From assembly GCA_046597055.1 (NCBI GenBank), contig JBKJLC010000218.1, positions 1 through 50,322 on the forward strand: a stretch of DNA of 50,322 bases, written 5' to 3'. Shown here in pieces: positions 1-9,749 of the stretch. This DNA is from Kofleriaceae bacterium (lineage in GTDB: Bacteria; Myxococcota_A; Polyangia; Haliangiales; Haliangiaceae). The stretch's first letter is position 1, and each line of letters begins with the position of its first letter. The notes beneath the pieces are model-generated. The model had not been told where the DNA came from. It worked only from the letters and a program-made list of their open reading frames with translations, and searched no databases. The position numbers and the translations under genes were made by a program.

Positions 1-247
1 TGCGTCGGCGGGTTGGGGCAATGGCACCGGCGTGCGTCACGCCCGGGGACCCCGGATCGAGCAAGCGCCGGGACCTCGGCTTCGCCGACGGCGAGGCCGG
101 CCGCGCGTGCCCCAGCGCCGCCACGGGTCGAAGCGAAAGCGCGTTCGACCTAAGCGAAAGAAGTGATCAAGGCCGAGCGCTGCGCTTCGACTCCGCGCAG
201 GGACACCCGGAACGGTGCGCGCGTTCGATCCCATCGGCGCGACGGGA

Positions 248-3200
248 TCAGGTCCGAGGGCCGGGCCCGCCGACCTCGACCACTGCCCAGTGCTCCGTCC
301 GATCGTCGCGCAGTGGGATGGTGCGATCGGCCTGCTCGACCCCGTCGCACACGACCCGCACGACCGTGCCGCCGCCGCCGCCGCGGTTCTGCACGTGGAT
401 GTGATGGACCGTGTCGCGATGGCGGTAGTGGACGTGGAAGCCGTCCCAGTCGGCGGGCACCCGCGGCTCGATCCGGAGCCGGTCGACCTCGAGGCGGATC
501 CCGAGCAGCGACTCGACGATCAGCCGGTACATCCAGCCGGCCGAGCCGGTGTACCAGGTCCAGCCGCCGCGGCCGGCGTGCTGCGGGTTGGTGTAGACGT
601 CGGCGGCCACCACGTACGGCTCGACCCGGTAGGTCGCGATCGCGGCGGCGCTGTCGCCGTGGTGGATCGGGTTGATCAACCGGAACAGCTCCCAGGCCCG
701 CTCGGTCTGGCCGGCGGCGGCGAACGCCATCACCGCCCACACCGCGGCGTGGGTGTACTGGCCGCCGTTCTCGCGGACGCCCGGCACGTAGCCCTTGATG
801 TAGCCGGGCTCGAGCGCCGAGCGGTCGAACGGCGGATCGAACAGCTTGATCAGGCCCAGCTTGCGATCGACCAGGCGGGCGTCGACCGCGGCCAAGCCCT
901 GGCGGGCCCGCTCGGGGTCGCCAGCGCCTGACAGGATCGCCCAGCTCTGCGGCAGGGAGTCGATCTGACACTCCGGGCTGGTCGACGAGCCCAGCGGCGT
1001 CCCGTCGTCGAAGTAGGCGCGGCGGTACCAGCCGCCATCCCAGGCGTGCTCCTCGAGGTTGCGCTGGAGCTCGGCAGCGTGGCCGACGCAGCGATCGGCA
1101 TAGGCGACGTCGCCGCGGCGGCGGGCCAGGGCGGCGAACTGGATCAGCACGTCGTGCAGGAAGAACCCGAGCCACACGCTCTCGCCCTTGCCCTCGTCGC
1201 CGACCAGGTTCATGCCGTCGTTCCAGTCGCCGGTACCCATCAGCGGCAGGCCGTGGACGCCGAACCGGAGCCCGCGCTGGATCGCGCGGATGCAGTGCTC
1301 GTAGAGCGACCCGGTCTCGGTCGACCGGGTCGGCAGGTCGTAGTAGCTGTCCTCGTCGGGGTTGACCCGGCGGCCCTCGATGAACTCGATCGGCTCGTCG
1401 AGCACGCCGGTGTCGCCGACCGCGGCCACGTAGCGACAGACCGCCGCCGGCAGGAACAGGTAGTCGTCGGAGATGCGGGTGCGCACGCCGCGCCCGAGCG
1501 GGGGATGCCACCAGTGCTGGACGTCGCCCTGGGGGAACTGGTGGGCGGCCGAGCGCACCAGCTGGGCGCGCAGCAGCGCCGGCTCGGCGTGGAGCAGGGC
1601 GGTCGCGTCCTGCAGCTGGTCGCGGAACCCGAACGCGCCGCCTGACTGGTAGAAGCCACTGCGGCCCCACATGCGGCAGGCCAGCACCTGGTAGATGAGC
1701 CAGCCGTTGGCCAGGAAGTTGAGCGTGGGGTCCGGCGTCTGCACGTGGACCGCGCCCAGGGTCCGGTTCCAGAAGTCCCACACCTGCTCGAGCGCGCCCT
1801 GCGCGGCGCCGACGCCGCGAAACCGGGTCACGATGTGGCGGGCGTCGGCCAGGTCGCGGCCGGAGCCGAACGCGAACACGATCTCGCGCTCCTGGTTGTC
1901 GGCCAGGTCGATCGACACCTGCATCGCCAGGCAGGGATCGAAGCCGGCGCCGACCCGACCCGACAGCCGGGCCTGGGTCATCACCGCGGGCCTCGCCAGG
2001 CTGCCGTTGCGGCCGATCACCTCCTGGCGGTCACCGGTGAGGAAGCGCTGCTCCTCGCTGCACTCGAGGAACGCGACCCGCGGCGCGAACTCGTTGCTGT
2101 ACGGGTTGCGCGCGAACAGCGCGCCGGTCTTGAGGTCGACCTCGGTGATGACGTGGGGCAGGTTGGCCGGCCGCTGCGAGCCCAGCACCAGCTCGAAGCA
2201 GGCGGTCAGCGACAGCCGCCGCGGTCGGCCCGAGCGGTTGCGCACCTTGATGACGAGGAACTTCACCGGCGCGTCGGTCGCGACGAACGTGCGCAGCTCC
2301 GACGCCACCCCGGACTGGACGGTCTCGAACACGCTGTAGCCGAAACCATGGCGGGTCGTGTACGGCTGCGGGCCGGTGGCCGGCAACGGGGTCGGCGACC
2401 AGAACCCGCCGTCGTCCTCGTCGCGCAGGTAGACCGCTTCGCCGCTGGGATCGCCGACCGGATCGTTGTGCCAGGGCGTCAGCCGGTAGCTGTGCGCGTT
2501 CTCGCACCAGGTGTAGGCGCCGCCGCTCTCGCTGACGACGGTGCCGAAGTACGAGTTGGCGAGGACGTTGACCCACGGCGCCGGCGTGCGCGAGCTGCGG
2601 CCGGTGACGATCACGTACTCGCGGCCATCGGCGGTGAAGCCACCGTGGCCGTTCCAGGCGGTCAGGTCGGTCCGCTCGACCGCGGGCGCGATCGGGAGCT
2701 CGAGCCGCTTGCGGTCGCGGCCGACCACCAGCGGCGCCGGCAGCTCGGCGCGCGGCCGCCGCTCCATCTGCTCGGCCAGGGTGCCGGCGGTGTCGTTGAT
2801 GATCACGCGGGCCAGCGTCTGCATCAGCACGCCGTCAGCGTCGGACATCTGATCGCTGCGGCGCAAGAAGATGCCGCCGGGCCGGTCGACCAGCCCGGCG
2901 TCGCCGATCGACGTGATGACCGTCATGATCTGCTCGTGGAGGCTCTGCCGGTAGCCCGACGGATCCTCGTTCCACACCACCAGATCGACCGCGAGGCCCT
3001 TGAGCCGCCAGTAGTCGTGGGCGCGGATCATCTGGCGGACCAGGTCGACGTTGTCGACCGACGAGACGCGGACCAGGACGATCGGGAGATCGCCCGAGAT
3101 GCCATAGCCCCACAGCCCCGACTGGCCGAGGCGGTTGCGGGCGATCACGGTGCGCGGCGCGCGCAGCGCCGGGTTGAGATAGAGGACGTTGCCGGCCAGC

Positions 3201-6200
3201 CGCTCCCACAGGCGGGTGTCGGCGCGGGTCGCCTCGAGCCGGCGCTGCACGACCTGGCTCTGGGTCCAGGCCAGCTCGAGCACGCGGCCGGCCAGGTGGG
3301 GATCGCTGTACTTCTCGATCAGGCCGATCGCCCCGGCGCGGGTCTCGGCGACGCCGGTCACGATGTGGAGCTGGATCGTCTGGTCGGGCCCGAGCTCGAC
3401 CGTGTTGCGGATCGCGACGATCGGATCGAGCACCGAGCCGACCGAGTCGGTGAGCGCGTCGCGGTGCATCGCGGCGGGATCGGCCGGCGACCGGCCGCGG
3501 CCGATGAAGGCCATGCGGTCGGTCTCGAACGAGGCCGGGCGGGTGGTGGTGCCGTGCACCGTCATCAGGTGGACCATCCACGGCGGCTGCTCGCTGCCCG
3601 AGCGAGGCCGGCGGGTGCACAGGATCGCGGCCGGGCGTGCGACCAGCTCGGTCTGCACGAACAGGTTGGAGAACGTCCGGTGGGCGGCATCGGCCGCCGG
3701 CGTCGCCAGCACCACCTCCGCGAAGCTGGTGAGCTCGAGGGTGCGGGCGGTGCGCCCCAGGTTCGCGATCGTGATCCGGCGCAGCTCGATGTCGTCCTCG
3801 GGACACACGCTGATCTCGACGTGGGTGTCGAGCTCCTCGTCGCGGCGGCGGAACTCGGCGCGGCCCTGGGAGAAGATCGCCTCGTAGCTGGTCGCGGCGC
3901 GCAGGGTCGGCTGGTGCGCGGTCGACCAGAACGAGCCAGTGGTGACGTCCCGGATGTAGCAGAAGGTGCCCCAGCAGTCGCGGGTCGGGTCTTCCTGCCA
4001 GCGGGTGACCGCCAGGTCCTTCCAGCGGCTGTAGCCGCCGCCGGCGCTGGTGATCGCGACGTGATACTGGCCGTTCGACAGCAGGTGGACCTCGGGGGCC
4101 GGCGTGCTGGGATTGGTGAACACCCGCAGGTCGTCCTCGCCCTCGGTCGACAGCGCGCGGACCGCGGTCACCTCGGCCGGGTGCGGGAACACCATCGGCG
4201 TGCGCGGCACCCGCTCCTGCAGCAGCAGGTCGGTCGCGCGCAGGGCCGGGTCGGCGCTGAACCGGCGCTGCATCGGCCGGTCGAGCAACACGTACACGAG
4301 CGACAGGAGCGCCATGCCCTGGTGGTGGGCCATGTACGACTTGATGGTCACGCTGGCGGTGCCCGGCGGCAGCCGCGACGCGGTGTAGTCGATCGCCTCG
4401 TAGAACCCGTGGCCGCCCAGGCGGCTCTCGTCGGCGAGTCGGCGCAGGTTGGTGCAGCCGGCCTCCGGCTCGACCATCAGCGCCATCACGCACGCGTACG
4501 GCGCGATCACCAGATCGTCGGCGAGGCCGCGCTTGAAGCCGAGCCCGGGCACGCCGAACGCGCGGTACTGGTAGTTGAGCTGGGCGTCGGTCTTGTAGTA
4601 GCCGGACTCCGACACGCCCCACGGCACCCCGTGCTCGTCGCCGTGCTCGATGTGGCGGGCGACCGCGACCCGGTAGGTCGCGTCGAGCAGCGTGCCCTGG
4701 TAGCTCGGCATGACCAGGAGCGGCATCAGGTACTCGAACATCGAGCCGCTCCACGACAGCAGCGCGGGGCGCCCGCCCGAGGTGGTCAGCCGCCGACCGA
4801 GGTGGAACCAGTGGTCCTGGGGCAGCTTGCCCTGGGCGATCGCGAGGTAGCTGGCGAGCCGGGCCTCCGACGCGAGCAGATCATAGAAGCTGTTGTCGAG
4901 CCGGCGATCGACGACGTTGAAGCCGATCGCGAGCAGGTGGCGGCCGCGGTCGTAGAGCAGCTCGTAATCGTGGTCGGCCAGCTCGCCGCAGCGGGTCGCG
5001 AGCTGGCGGAGCTCGGTCAGCTGCTGGGTCGCGCGCTCGGCGGCGACGGCGACCGCGGCCCGCAGCTCGGGGGTCCCGGCCTCGGCGAGAAGCGGCGCCA
5101 GCGTGGTCTCGAGCCGGGCGACCTCGGCCAGGGTCGGCACCGTGTCGAGGCGGGCGCCGAGCGCACCGGGGTCGGCCGGCAGCGCGAGCCAGGGCGCAAT
5201 CTGGTCGAGCTCGGTCGCGGCGTGCTGGCACTGCCGATCGAAGGCCTGGGCCCACCAGGTGCGGTCGTCCGCCGACGAGCCAGCCTTGCCGGTGGCCGCG
5301 GCCAGCTCGCGCGCCACCACGACCAGCTCGGTCAGGAGCTCCCGCCAACCGCGCAAGGTCGACGGCGTGCGCGCGAGCAGCGCCCGGGCCGGCGCGACCT
5401 CGTCGGTGCTGGCGCCGCTGGCCAAGATCAGCTCGAGCGTGTCGCCAAGACCGCTGCGGACCTCGGCGCGGACGATCGGGTCGCCGGCCAGCTCGGCGAG
5501 CCCGGTGGCGAGCACCAGCAGGTGGCCGGCCAGGTTGCCGCTGTCGACGGTCGAGACGTACATCGGCCGGAGCGGCTCGAGCGTCCGGGTGTCGTACCAG
5601 TTGTAGAAGTGGCCGTGGTACCGCTGCAGCCGGTCCATGGTGGCGAGGGTCCGGGTGGTTCGATCGATGACCTCGCTGGCCGACAGGTAGCCGAAGTCGT
5701 AGGCGCCCACGTTGGCCAGCAGGGCCAGGCCGATGTTGGTCGGCGAGGTGCGGTGGGCGACGCCGACCGGCGGATCCTCCTGCACGTTGTCGGGCGGGAG
5801 GTCGTGGTCGTCGGGGCCCACGTAGGTCTCGAAGAAGCGCCAGGTCCGGCGCGCCAGCGAGCGCAGGAACGTCCGGTCGTCGGACGACAGCCGCGCGCGC
5901 GGCGCCACCAGGGGCCGGCTGACCCACCACACCAGCGCCGGCGCCAGCGCCCACAGCACCAGCACCGGGGCGGCCAGGCGCGGCGCGGCGACCTCGCCGA
6001 GCCCGATCGCGGTCGCGCCCGCGAGCGCCATTGTCGGCGCCACCCACATCGACGCGAAGGTGCCGGCCAGGCCGGTGCGCGCGGTGCGCTGGGCATCGGC
6101 GGCGGTCCGCCACTCGAGCAGCTTGCGGCCCGTGATCAGCACCCGGCCGGTGGCGCGGACGATCGCGGTGAGGCTGAGCAGCGCGTCGGCGGGCAGGCAG

Positions 6201-9028
6201 GCCAGGGCGAAGCCCTCGCGGACGACCTGGCGGCCCAGGCTCTGGGCGACCTCGCGGGCGTGGGCGCGCCGTCCCACCTCGCGTGGGCGCCGCGCCAGCG
6301 CCGAGGCGGCCGACAGCAGCCCGGGCAGGAGCAGGGTGGCGGCCGCGAGCGAGAGCGCGGGCGCGGCGATGCCGGGCACGGTCCAGCCCATCACCAGCAG
6401 CACCAGCAGCGCGATCGGCACCAGGCTGCGCCGCAGGTTGTCGAAGATCTTCCACTGCGACAGCACCGAGATCGGGTTGCGGATGCGGCGGGTGTCGCCG
6501 CCGGGGACCCGCCCGAACAGCCAGCGGGCGATCTGCCAGTCGCCCCGGATCCAGCGCGCGCGCCGGCTGGCGTCGGCCGCGTGCGCGGACGGGTAGTCCT
6601 CGAACAGCATGACGTCGCTGACCAGGCCGGCCCGGCCGTAGGCACCCTCGAGCAGATCGTGGCTGAGCACCCGGTTGTCGGGGAACTTGCCGCCCATCGC
6701 CTCGCGCACGGCGTCGACGTCGTAGATGCCCTTGCCGATGAACGAGCCCTCGCCGAACACGTCCTGGTACACGTCGGACACCGCGCGCGTGTACGGATCG
6801 ATCCCGCACTCGCCGGCGAACAGCCGCGCGAACCGCGAGCCGTTGGCGCTGGTCAGGCTGATGCCGACCCGGGGCTGCAGGATCGCGTAGCCGTCGGTGA
6901 CCCGACCGCGGGTCGGGTCGAACACCGCCTGGTTGAGCGGATGGCCGAGGGTCCCGACCAGCTCGCGGGCCGCGTCGCGCGGCAGCTCGGTGTCGCTATC
7001 GAGCACGATGACGTAGCGGATCTCGCCCAGCCGCTCGATCGGGCCGACCACGGTCGCGAACCGGTCGGGCGCGCCGCGCAGGAGCGCGTTGAGGTCCTCC
7101 AGCTTGCCGCGCTTGCGCTCCCAGCCCATCCACGCCCGCTCGCGCGGGTTCCACCGGCGCCCGCGATGGAACAGGAAGAAGCCGCCGCCGGCGGCGGGAT
7201 CGGGGTAGCGGGCGTTCAGCGCGTCGATGGCCCTGCGCGCGCGCTCGACCAGCGCGGTGTCCCCGTCGAGGTGCTCCTGGGGCGCGTCGCGGAAGTCGCC
7301 GACCAGCGCGAACGCGAGGTGGGCGTCGCGGTTGGCCAGGAAGCGGACCTCGAGGGCGTCGACCAGCTCGTCGACGGTCGCGGCGCTGGTCAGCAGGGTC
7401 GGGACCGCGACCAGGGTCCGGTGCTCGGGCGGGATCGCCTTCGCGAAGTCGAGCCGGGGCATCAGGCGCGGCGGGATCAGGAGCGTCGCGGCCCAGTGCA
7501 CGATCGCGATCGCGAGCTGGCTCGCGCACAGGCCGATGACGATCGCCCACGCGATCTGACCGGCGGTGGCGAGCCCGGCGGTCGGGGTGGCGCCGACCAC
7601 CAGCGCGGTGACCGCGGCGGTGAGCCCGACGATCGCGCCCAGGTAGATCTGCAACCGCCCGCGATGGCCGTCGCGCCCGGCCGGTCCCCGGTGACGCGCG
7701 CGCAGGCCGGCGGCGGCCTCGAGCTCGCGGAGGCCACGGTCGATCAGGTAGTAGCCGACGTGGTGCCGCCGCCGATCGGTCTCGCGGGCGGCGAGCTCGA
7801 CCGCGCGGGCGGCGACCGCCGGCTCGGTCATGGTGCCGCGGCGCGCGATCTGCTCGACCACGTGGCGATACCGATCGCGGGTCGCGAAGTCCATCGCGGC
7901 GTAGACGCCGGCCGGATCGTTGCGCAGGGTCTGGTCGACCACGCTCAGCGACTCGACGAAGACCCGCCAGTCGGTCGCGCCCAGGAAGCGCAGGCTGCCG
8001 ATGCTGTTGCCGATCGAGACCTGGTCGGCGGCCTGGCTCTGGCTCGCCAGCTGGAACGCGTGCTCGACGGTCTGGCCGCGCTCGGCGAGCCGATGGTCGA
8101 GCCACGACAGCGGGAACACCGCGGCGGTCCCCTGACCTTGCAGCCGGCTGGCCAGCTCGGACACGAACGCGTTGGTGAGCGGCGGGTCGGCGTCGATCAG
8201 CTGCGCGAGCACCAGCACGACCCGCGACGGATCGGTCGACCCGACGTCGAGCAGCTGCTCCGCCCACTGGCCGGCGAGCTCGCGGTCGCGGCGGCCGGCG
8301 GTGACCCCGGCGATCACCCGGCGCAGGTTCTCGATCAGCGCGAGGCGCAGCATGATCGGGATCGCCCACAGCTCGCCGAGCAGCAGCTGGCGCGCGGTCT
8401 GGTACGAGGCGATGAACGCGCGCACCGCCTCGAGATCGACCCGCCCGTGCGCGTGCGAGATCAACTCGAGCGCGAGGTCGTAGACCCGCGGCGTGCCGCC
8501 GCCGCCGCGCACGAGGCGCGGCAGCTCGCGGCTGTAGCCACGCGGCAGGTGCTGGCGCGCGGTCCCGATCTGCTCCTCGATCAGATGATAGTTGTCGACG
8601 AACCACTCGGCGGCCGGGGTGATCTGGCGGCCGCGGGCCACCGCGTCGGCGACCAGCACGTAGGCCTCGGCGAGCACGCGATCGTTGTCGGCCAGGCGCG
8701 CCAGCAGGCGGTCGTCACTGCTGGCGCGGGTGCTCAGCTCGTGCGCGCCCGCCAGCGTGAGGGCGTGGCGCTCCAGCTGGGTGATGCTGAACAGCTCCGC
8801 GCGGAGCGGAGGCTCCTCGACCAGCGCGTCCGTCGCGGGCAAACGATCGCGACCGAAGCGGTCGAGGATCGCCGACAGAGAGGGTGCTTGGGGCCGCTTC
8901 GTCGTCGACAGTGAGGCGGTATACCGCAATCTCACGCGCGGGGGCGGCGCCGGCCGGAGCGGGCCGCGGGCACCCGCCGGTGCGCGGGCCCGCGGGGGCC
9001 TGCCGGGTCCGCTGGCAGACGTGCGCAC
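248..9028 (-). CDS. ndvB: Cyclic beta-1,2-glucan synthase (GT84 + glucoamylase-like/transglycosylase + GH94 phosphorylase domains)
   Basis: ~2,900-aa ORF with WMGWERKRGKL, LSHDLLEG..RWIRGDWQ, SWSGSMFEYLMP, PWGVSES, GRSGFYQSGGAFGFRDQLQD, GDWNDGMN, GVRENGGQYTH and WTWYTGSAGW. The true start is probably downstream of 9028 (GTG 8935, TTG 8929 or CTG 8911). Confidence 0.93.
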   Translation of the reverse strand: MRTSASGPGRPPRARAPAGARGPLRPAPPPRVRLRYTASLSTTKRPQAPSLSAILDRFGRDRLPATDALVEEPPLRAELFSITQLERHALTLAGAHELSTRASSDDRLLARLADNDRVLAEAYVLVADAVARGRQITPAAEWFVDNYHLIEEQIGTARQHLPRGYSRELPRLVRGGGGTPRVYDLALELISHAHGRVDLEAVRAFIASYQTARQLLLGELWAIPIMLRLALIENLRRVIAGVTAGRRDRELAGQWAEQLLDVGSTDPSRVVLVLAQLIDADPPLTNAFVSELASRLQGQGTAAVFPLSWLDHRLAERGQTVEHAFQLASQSQAADQVSIGNSIGSLRFLGATDWRVFVESLSVVDQTLRNDPAGVYAAMDFATRDRYRHVVEQIARRGTMTEPAVAARAVELAARETDRRRHHVGYYLIDRGLRELEAAAGLRARHRGPAGRDGHRGRLQIYLGAIVGLTAAVTALVVGATPTAGLATAGQIAWAIVIGLCASQLAIAIVHWAATLLIPPRLMPRLDFAKAIPPEHRTLVAVPTLLTSAATVDELVDALEVRFLANRDAHLAFALVGDFRDAPQEHLDGDTALVERARRAIDALNARYPDPAAGGGFFLFHRGRRWNPRERAWMGWERKRGKLEDLNALLRGAPDRFATVVGPIERLGEIRYVIVLDSDTELPRDAARELVGTLGHPLNQAVFDPTRGRVTDGYAILQPRVGISLTSANGSRFARLFAGECGIDPYTRAVSDVYQDVFGEGSFIGKGIYDVDAVREAMGGKFPDNRVLSHDLLEGAYGRAGLVSDVMLFEDYPSAHAADASRRARWIRGDWQIARWLFGRVPGGDTRRIRNPISVLSQWKIFDNLRRSLVPIALLVLLVMGWTVPGIAAPALSLAAATLLLPGLLSAASALARRPREVGRRAHAREVAQSLGRQVVREGFALACLPADALLSLTAIVRATGRVLITGRKLLEWRTAADAQRTARTGLAGTFASMWVAPTMALAGATAIGLGEVAAPRLAAPVLVLWALAPALVWWVSRPLVAPRARLSSDDRTFLRSLARRTWRFFETYVGPDDHDLPPDNVQEDPPVGVAHRTSPTNIGLALLANVGAYDFGYLSASEVIDRTTRTLATMDRLQRYHGHFYNWYDTRTLEPLRPMYVSTVDSGNLAGHLLVLATGLAELAGDPIVRAEVRSGLGDTLELILASGASTDEVAPARALLARTPSTLRGWRELLTELVVVARELAAATGKAGSSADDRTWWAQAFDRQCQHAATELDQIAPWLALPADPGALGARLDTVPTLAEVARLETTLAPLLAEAGTPELRAAVAVAAERATQQLTELRQLATRCGELADHDYELLYDRGRHLLAIGFNVVDRRLDNSFYDLLASEARLASYLAIAQGKLPQDHWFHLGRRLTTSGGRPALLSWSGSMFEYLMPLLVMPSYQGTLLDATYRVAVARHIEHGDEHGVPWGVSESGYYKTDAQLNYQYRAFGVPGLGFKRGLADDLVIAPYACVMALMVEPEAGCTNLRRLADESRLGGHGFYEAIDYTASRLPPGTASVTIKSYMAHHQGMALLSLVYVLLDRPMQRRFSADPALRATDLLLQERVPRTPMVFPHPAEVTAVRALSTEGEDDLRVFTNPSTPAPEVHLLSNGQYHVAITSAGGGYSRWKDLAVTRWQEDPTRDCWGTFCYIRDVTTGSFWSTAHQPTLRAATSYEAIFSQGRAEFRRRDEELDTHVEISVCPEDDIELRRITIANLGRTARTLELTSFAEVVLATPAADAAHRTFSNLFVQTELVARPAAILCTRRPRSGSEQPPWMVHLMTVHGTTTRPASFETDRMAFIGRGRSPADPAAMHRDALTDSVGSVLDPIVAIRNTVELGPDQTIQLHIVTGVAETRAGAIGLIEKYSDPHLAGRVLELAWTQSQVVQRRLEATRADTRLWERLAGNVLYLNPALRAPRTVIARNRLGQSGLWGYGISGDLPIVLVRVSSVDNVDLVRQMIRAHDYWRLKGLAVDLVVWNEDPSGYRQSLHEQIMTVITSIGDAGLVDRPGGIFLRRSDQMSDADGVLMQTLARVIINDTAGTLAEQMERRPRAELPAPLVVGRDRKRLELPIAPAVERTDLTAWNGHGGFTADGREYVIVTGRSSRTPAPWVNVLANSYFGTVVSESGGAYTWCENAHSYRLTPWHNDPVGDPSGEAVYLRDEDDGGFWSPTPLPATGPQPYTTRHGFGYSVFETVQSGVASELRTFVATDAPVKFLVIKVRNRSGRPRRLSLTACFELVLGSQRPANLPHVITEVDLKTGALFARNPYSNEFAPRVAFLECSEEQRFLTGDRQEVIGRNGSLARPAVMTQARLSGRVGAGFDPCLAMQVSIDLADNQEREIVFAFGSGRDLADARHIVTRFRGVGAAQGALEQVWDFWNRTLGAVHVQTPDPTLNFLANGWLIYQVLACRMWGRSGFYQSGGAFGFRDQLQDATALLHAEPALLRAQLVRSAAHQFPQGDVQHWWHPPLGRGVRTRISDDYLFLPAAVCRYVAAVGDTGVLDEPIEFIEGRRVNPDEDSYYDLPTRSTETGSLYEHCIRAIQRGLRFGVHGLPLMGTGDWNDGMNLVGDEGKGESVWLGFFLHDVLIQFAALARRRGDVAYADRCVGHAAELQRNLEEHAWDGGWYRRAYFDDGTPLGSSTSPECQIDSLPQSWAILSGAGDPERARQGLAAVDARLVDRKLGLIKLFDPPFDRSALEPGYIKGYVPGVRENGGQYTHAAVWAVMAFAAAGQTERAWELFRLINPIHHGDSAAAIATYRVEPYVVAADVYTNPQHAGRGGWTWYTGSAGWMYRLIVESLLGIRLEVDRLRIEPRVPADWDGFHVHYRHRDTVHHIHVQNRGGGGGTVVRVVCDGVEQADRTIPLRDDRTEHWAVVEVGGPGPRT

Positions 9029-9229
9029 GGGTCGAACTACCGTTCGGGCATGCGGGTGGGCCCATACCGTCCGGGGGTTCCCGGGGACCTTTTCCGTGTG
9101 GCAGGGCAGCCCGTGTCACGGTCGGATGCACGCCGGTTCGAGCCGAGGCGCTCGATCGAGAGGGGCCCCATTTCGGGGCCTAGCCGACGCGCCTTCATGA
9201 GTCCGGCTGGTTGCGAGCGTCGCCATCGG

Positions 9230-9245
9230 CGGCATGCGCCTTGCT
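9230..9245 (+). promoter_or_regulatory. Putative sigma54 (-24/-12) promoter
   Basis: CGGCATGCGCCTTGCT fits GG-N10-GC and is close to the TGGCACG-N4-TTGCW consensus. It lies 12 nt before the GTG at 9258. Confidence 0.6.
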
Positions 9246-9257
9246 GCGTCTCGGCCT

Positions 9258-9710
9258 GTGAACCCGCTGTTGCTCCTGGTCGACGATGCGGACGACTTCC
9301 GCGAGACGGTCGGGGAAGCGCTGATGGCCGACGGCTTTCGGGTCGTCGGGGCCTACAACGGGCAGGACGGCTACGACCAGGCCCATCGGGTCCGGGTCCG
9401 CCCGACCGTCATCATCCTCGATGTCCAGATGCCCGTGATGGACGGCCTCGAGTTCCTCGCCGGCCAGGACCGCGATCCGATCCTCCGGGGCGTCCCGGTC
9501 GTCATGCTCACGTCGGAGCCGCGCCCACCCGGGCCGTTGCCAGGCTGCGTACGCGCGTGGCTGCCGAAGACGACGTCGCTGGTCGACCTCCGGCACACGG
9601 TGCGGCTCATCTGCGGCGATGCGGCGCCGCGGCCGCGGGCGGCTCGAGGCACCGCGCCGCTGCCGCCCCCGGCGCTGGTCACCCGCCGCCGCGCCGGCAG
9701 CGAAAACTGA
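9258..9710 (+). CDS. Single-domain response regulator (receiver)
   Basis: LLVDD acidic pocket, IILDVQMPVMDG phospho-acceptor Asp, VVMLTS and WLPK Lys. GTG start inferred. Confidence 0.88.
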   Translation: MNPLLLLVDDADDFRETVGEALMADGFRVVGAYNGQDGYDQAHRVRVRPTVIILDVQMPVMDGLEFLAGQDRDPILRGVPVVMLTSEPRPPGPLPGCVRAWLPKTTSLVDLRHTVRLICGDAAPRPRAARGTAPLPPPALVTRRRAGSEN

Positions 9711-9749
9711 CCGGCCGGCCCGGTCCCCGCGTCCCATCGCCGCCGTCGT

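Noticed and set aside
122..151. Short matches to 9026-9036 (cacgggtcgaa) and, inverted, to 46934-46946
   Set aside because: Matches of 11-13 bp are plausible by chance in GC-rich 50-kb sequence.
205..240. tRNA/tmRNA suggested by gttcgatccc
   Set aside because: No paired T-stem, acceptor stem or cloverleaf can be built.
1745..8914. 2,389-aa plus-strand ORF and many other long overlapping ORFs (e.g. 19483-23136 -, 38646-41789 +)
   Set aside because: These are antisense or alternate-frame shadows of real genes, caused by stop-codon scarcity in high-GC DNA. They show no recognisable motifs.
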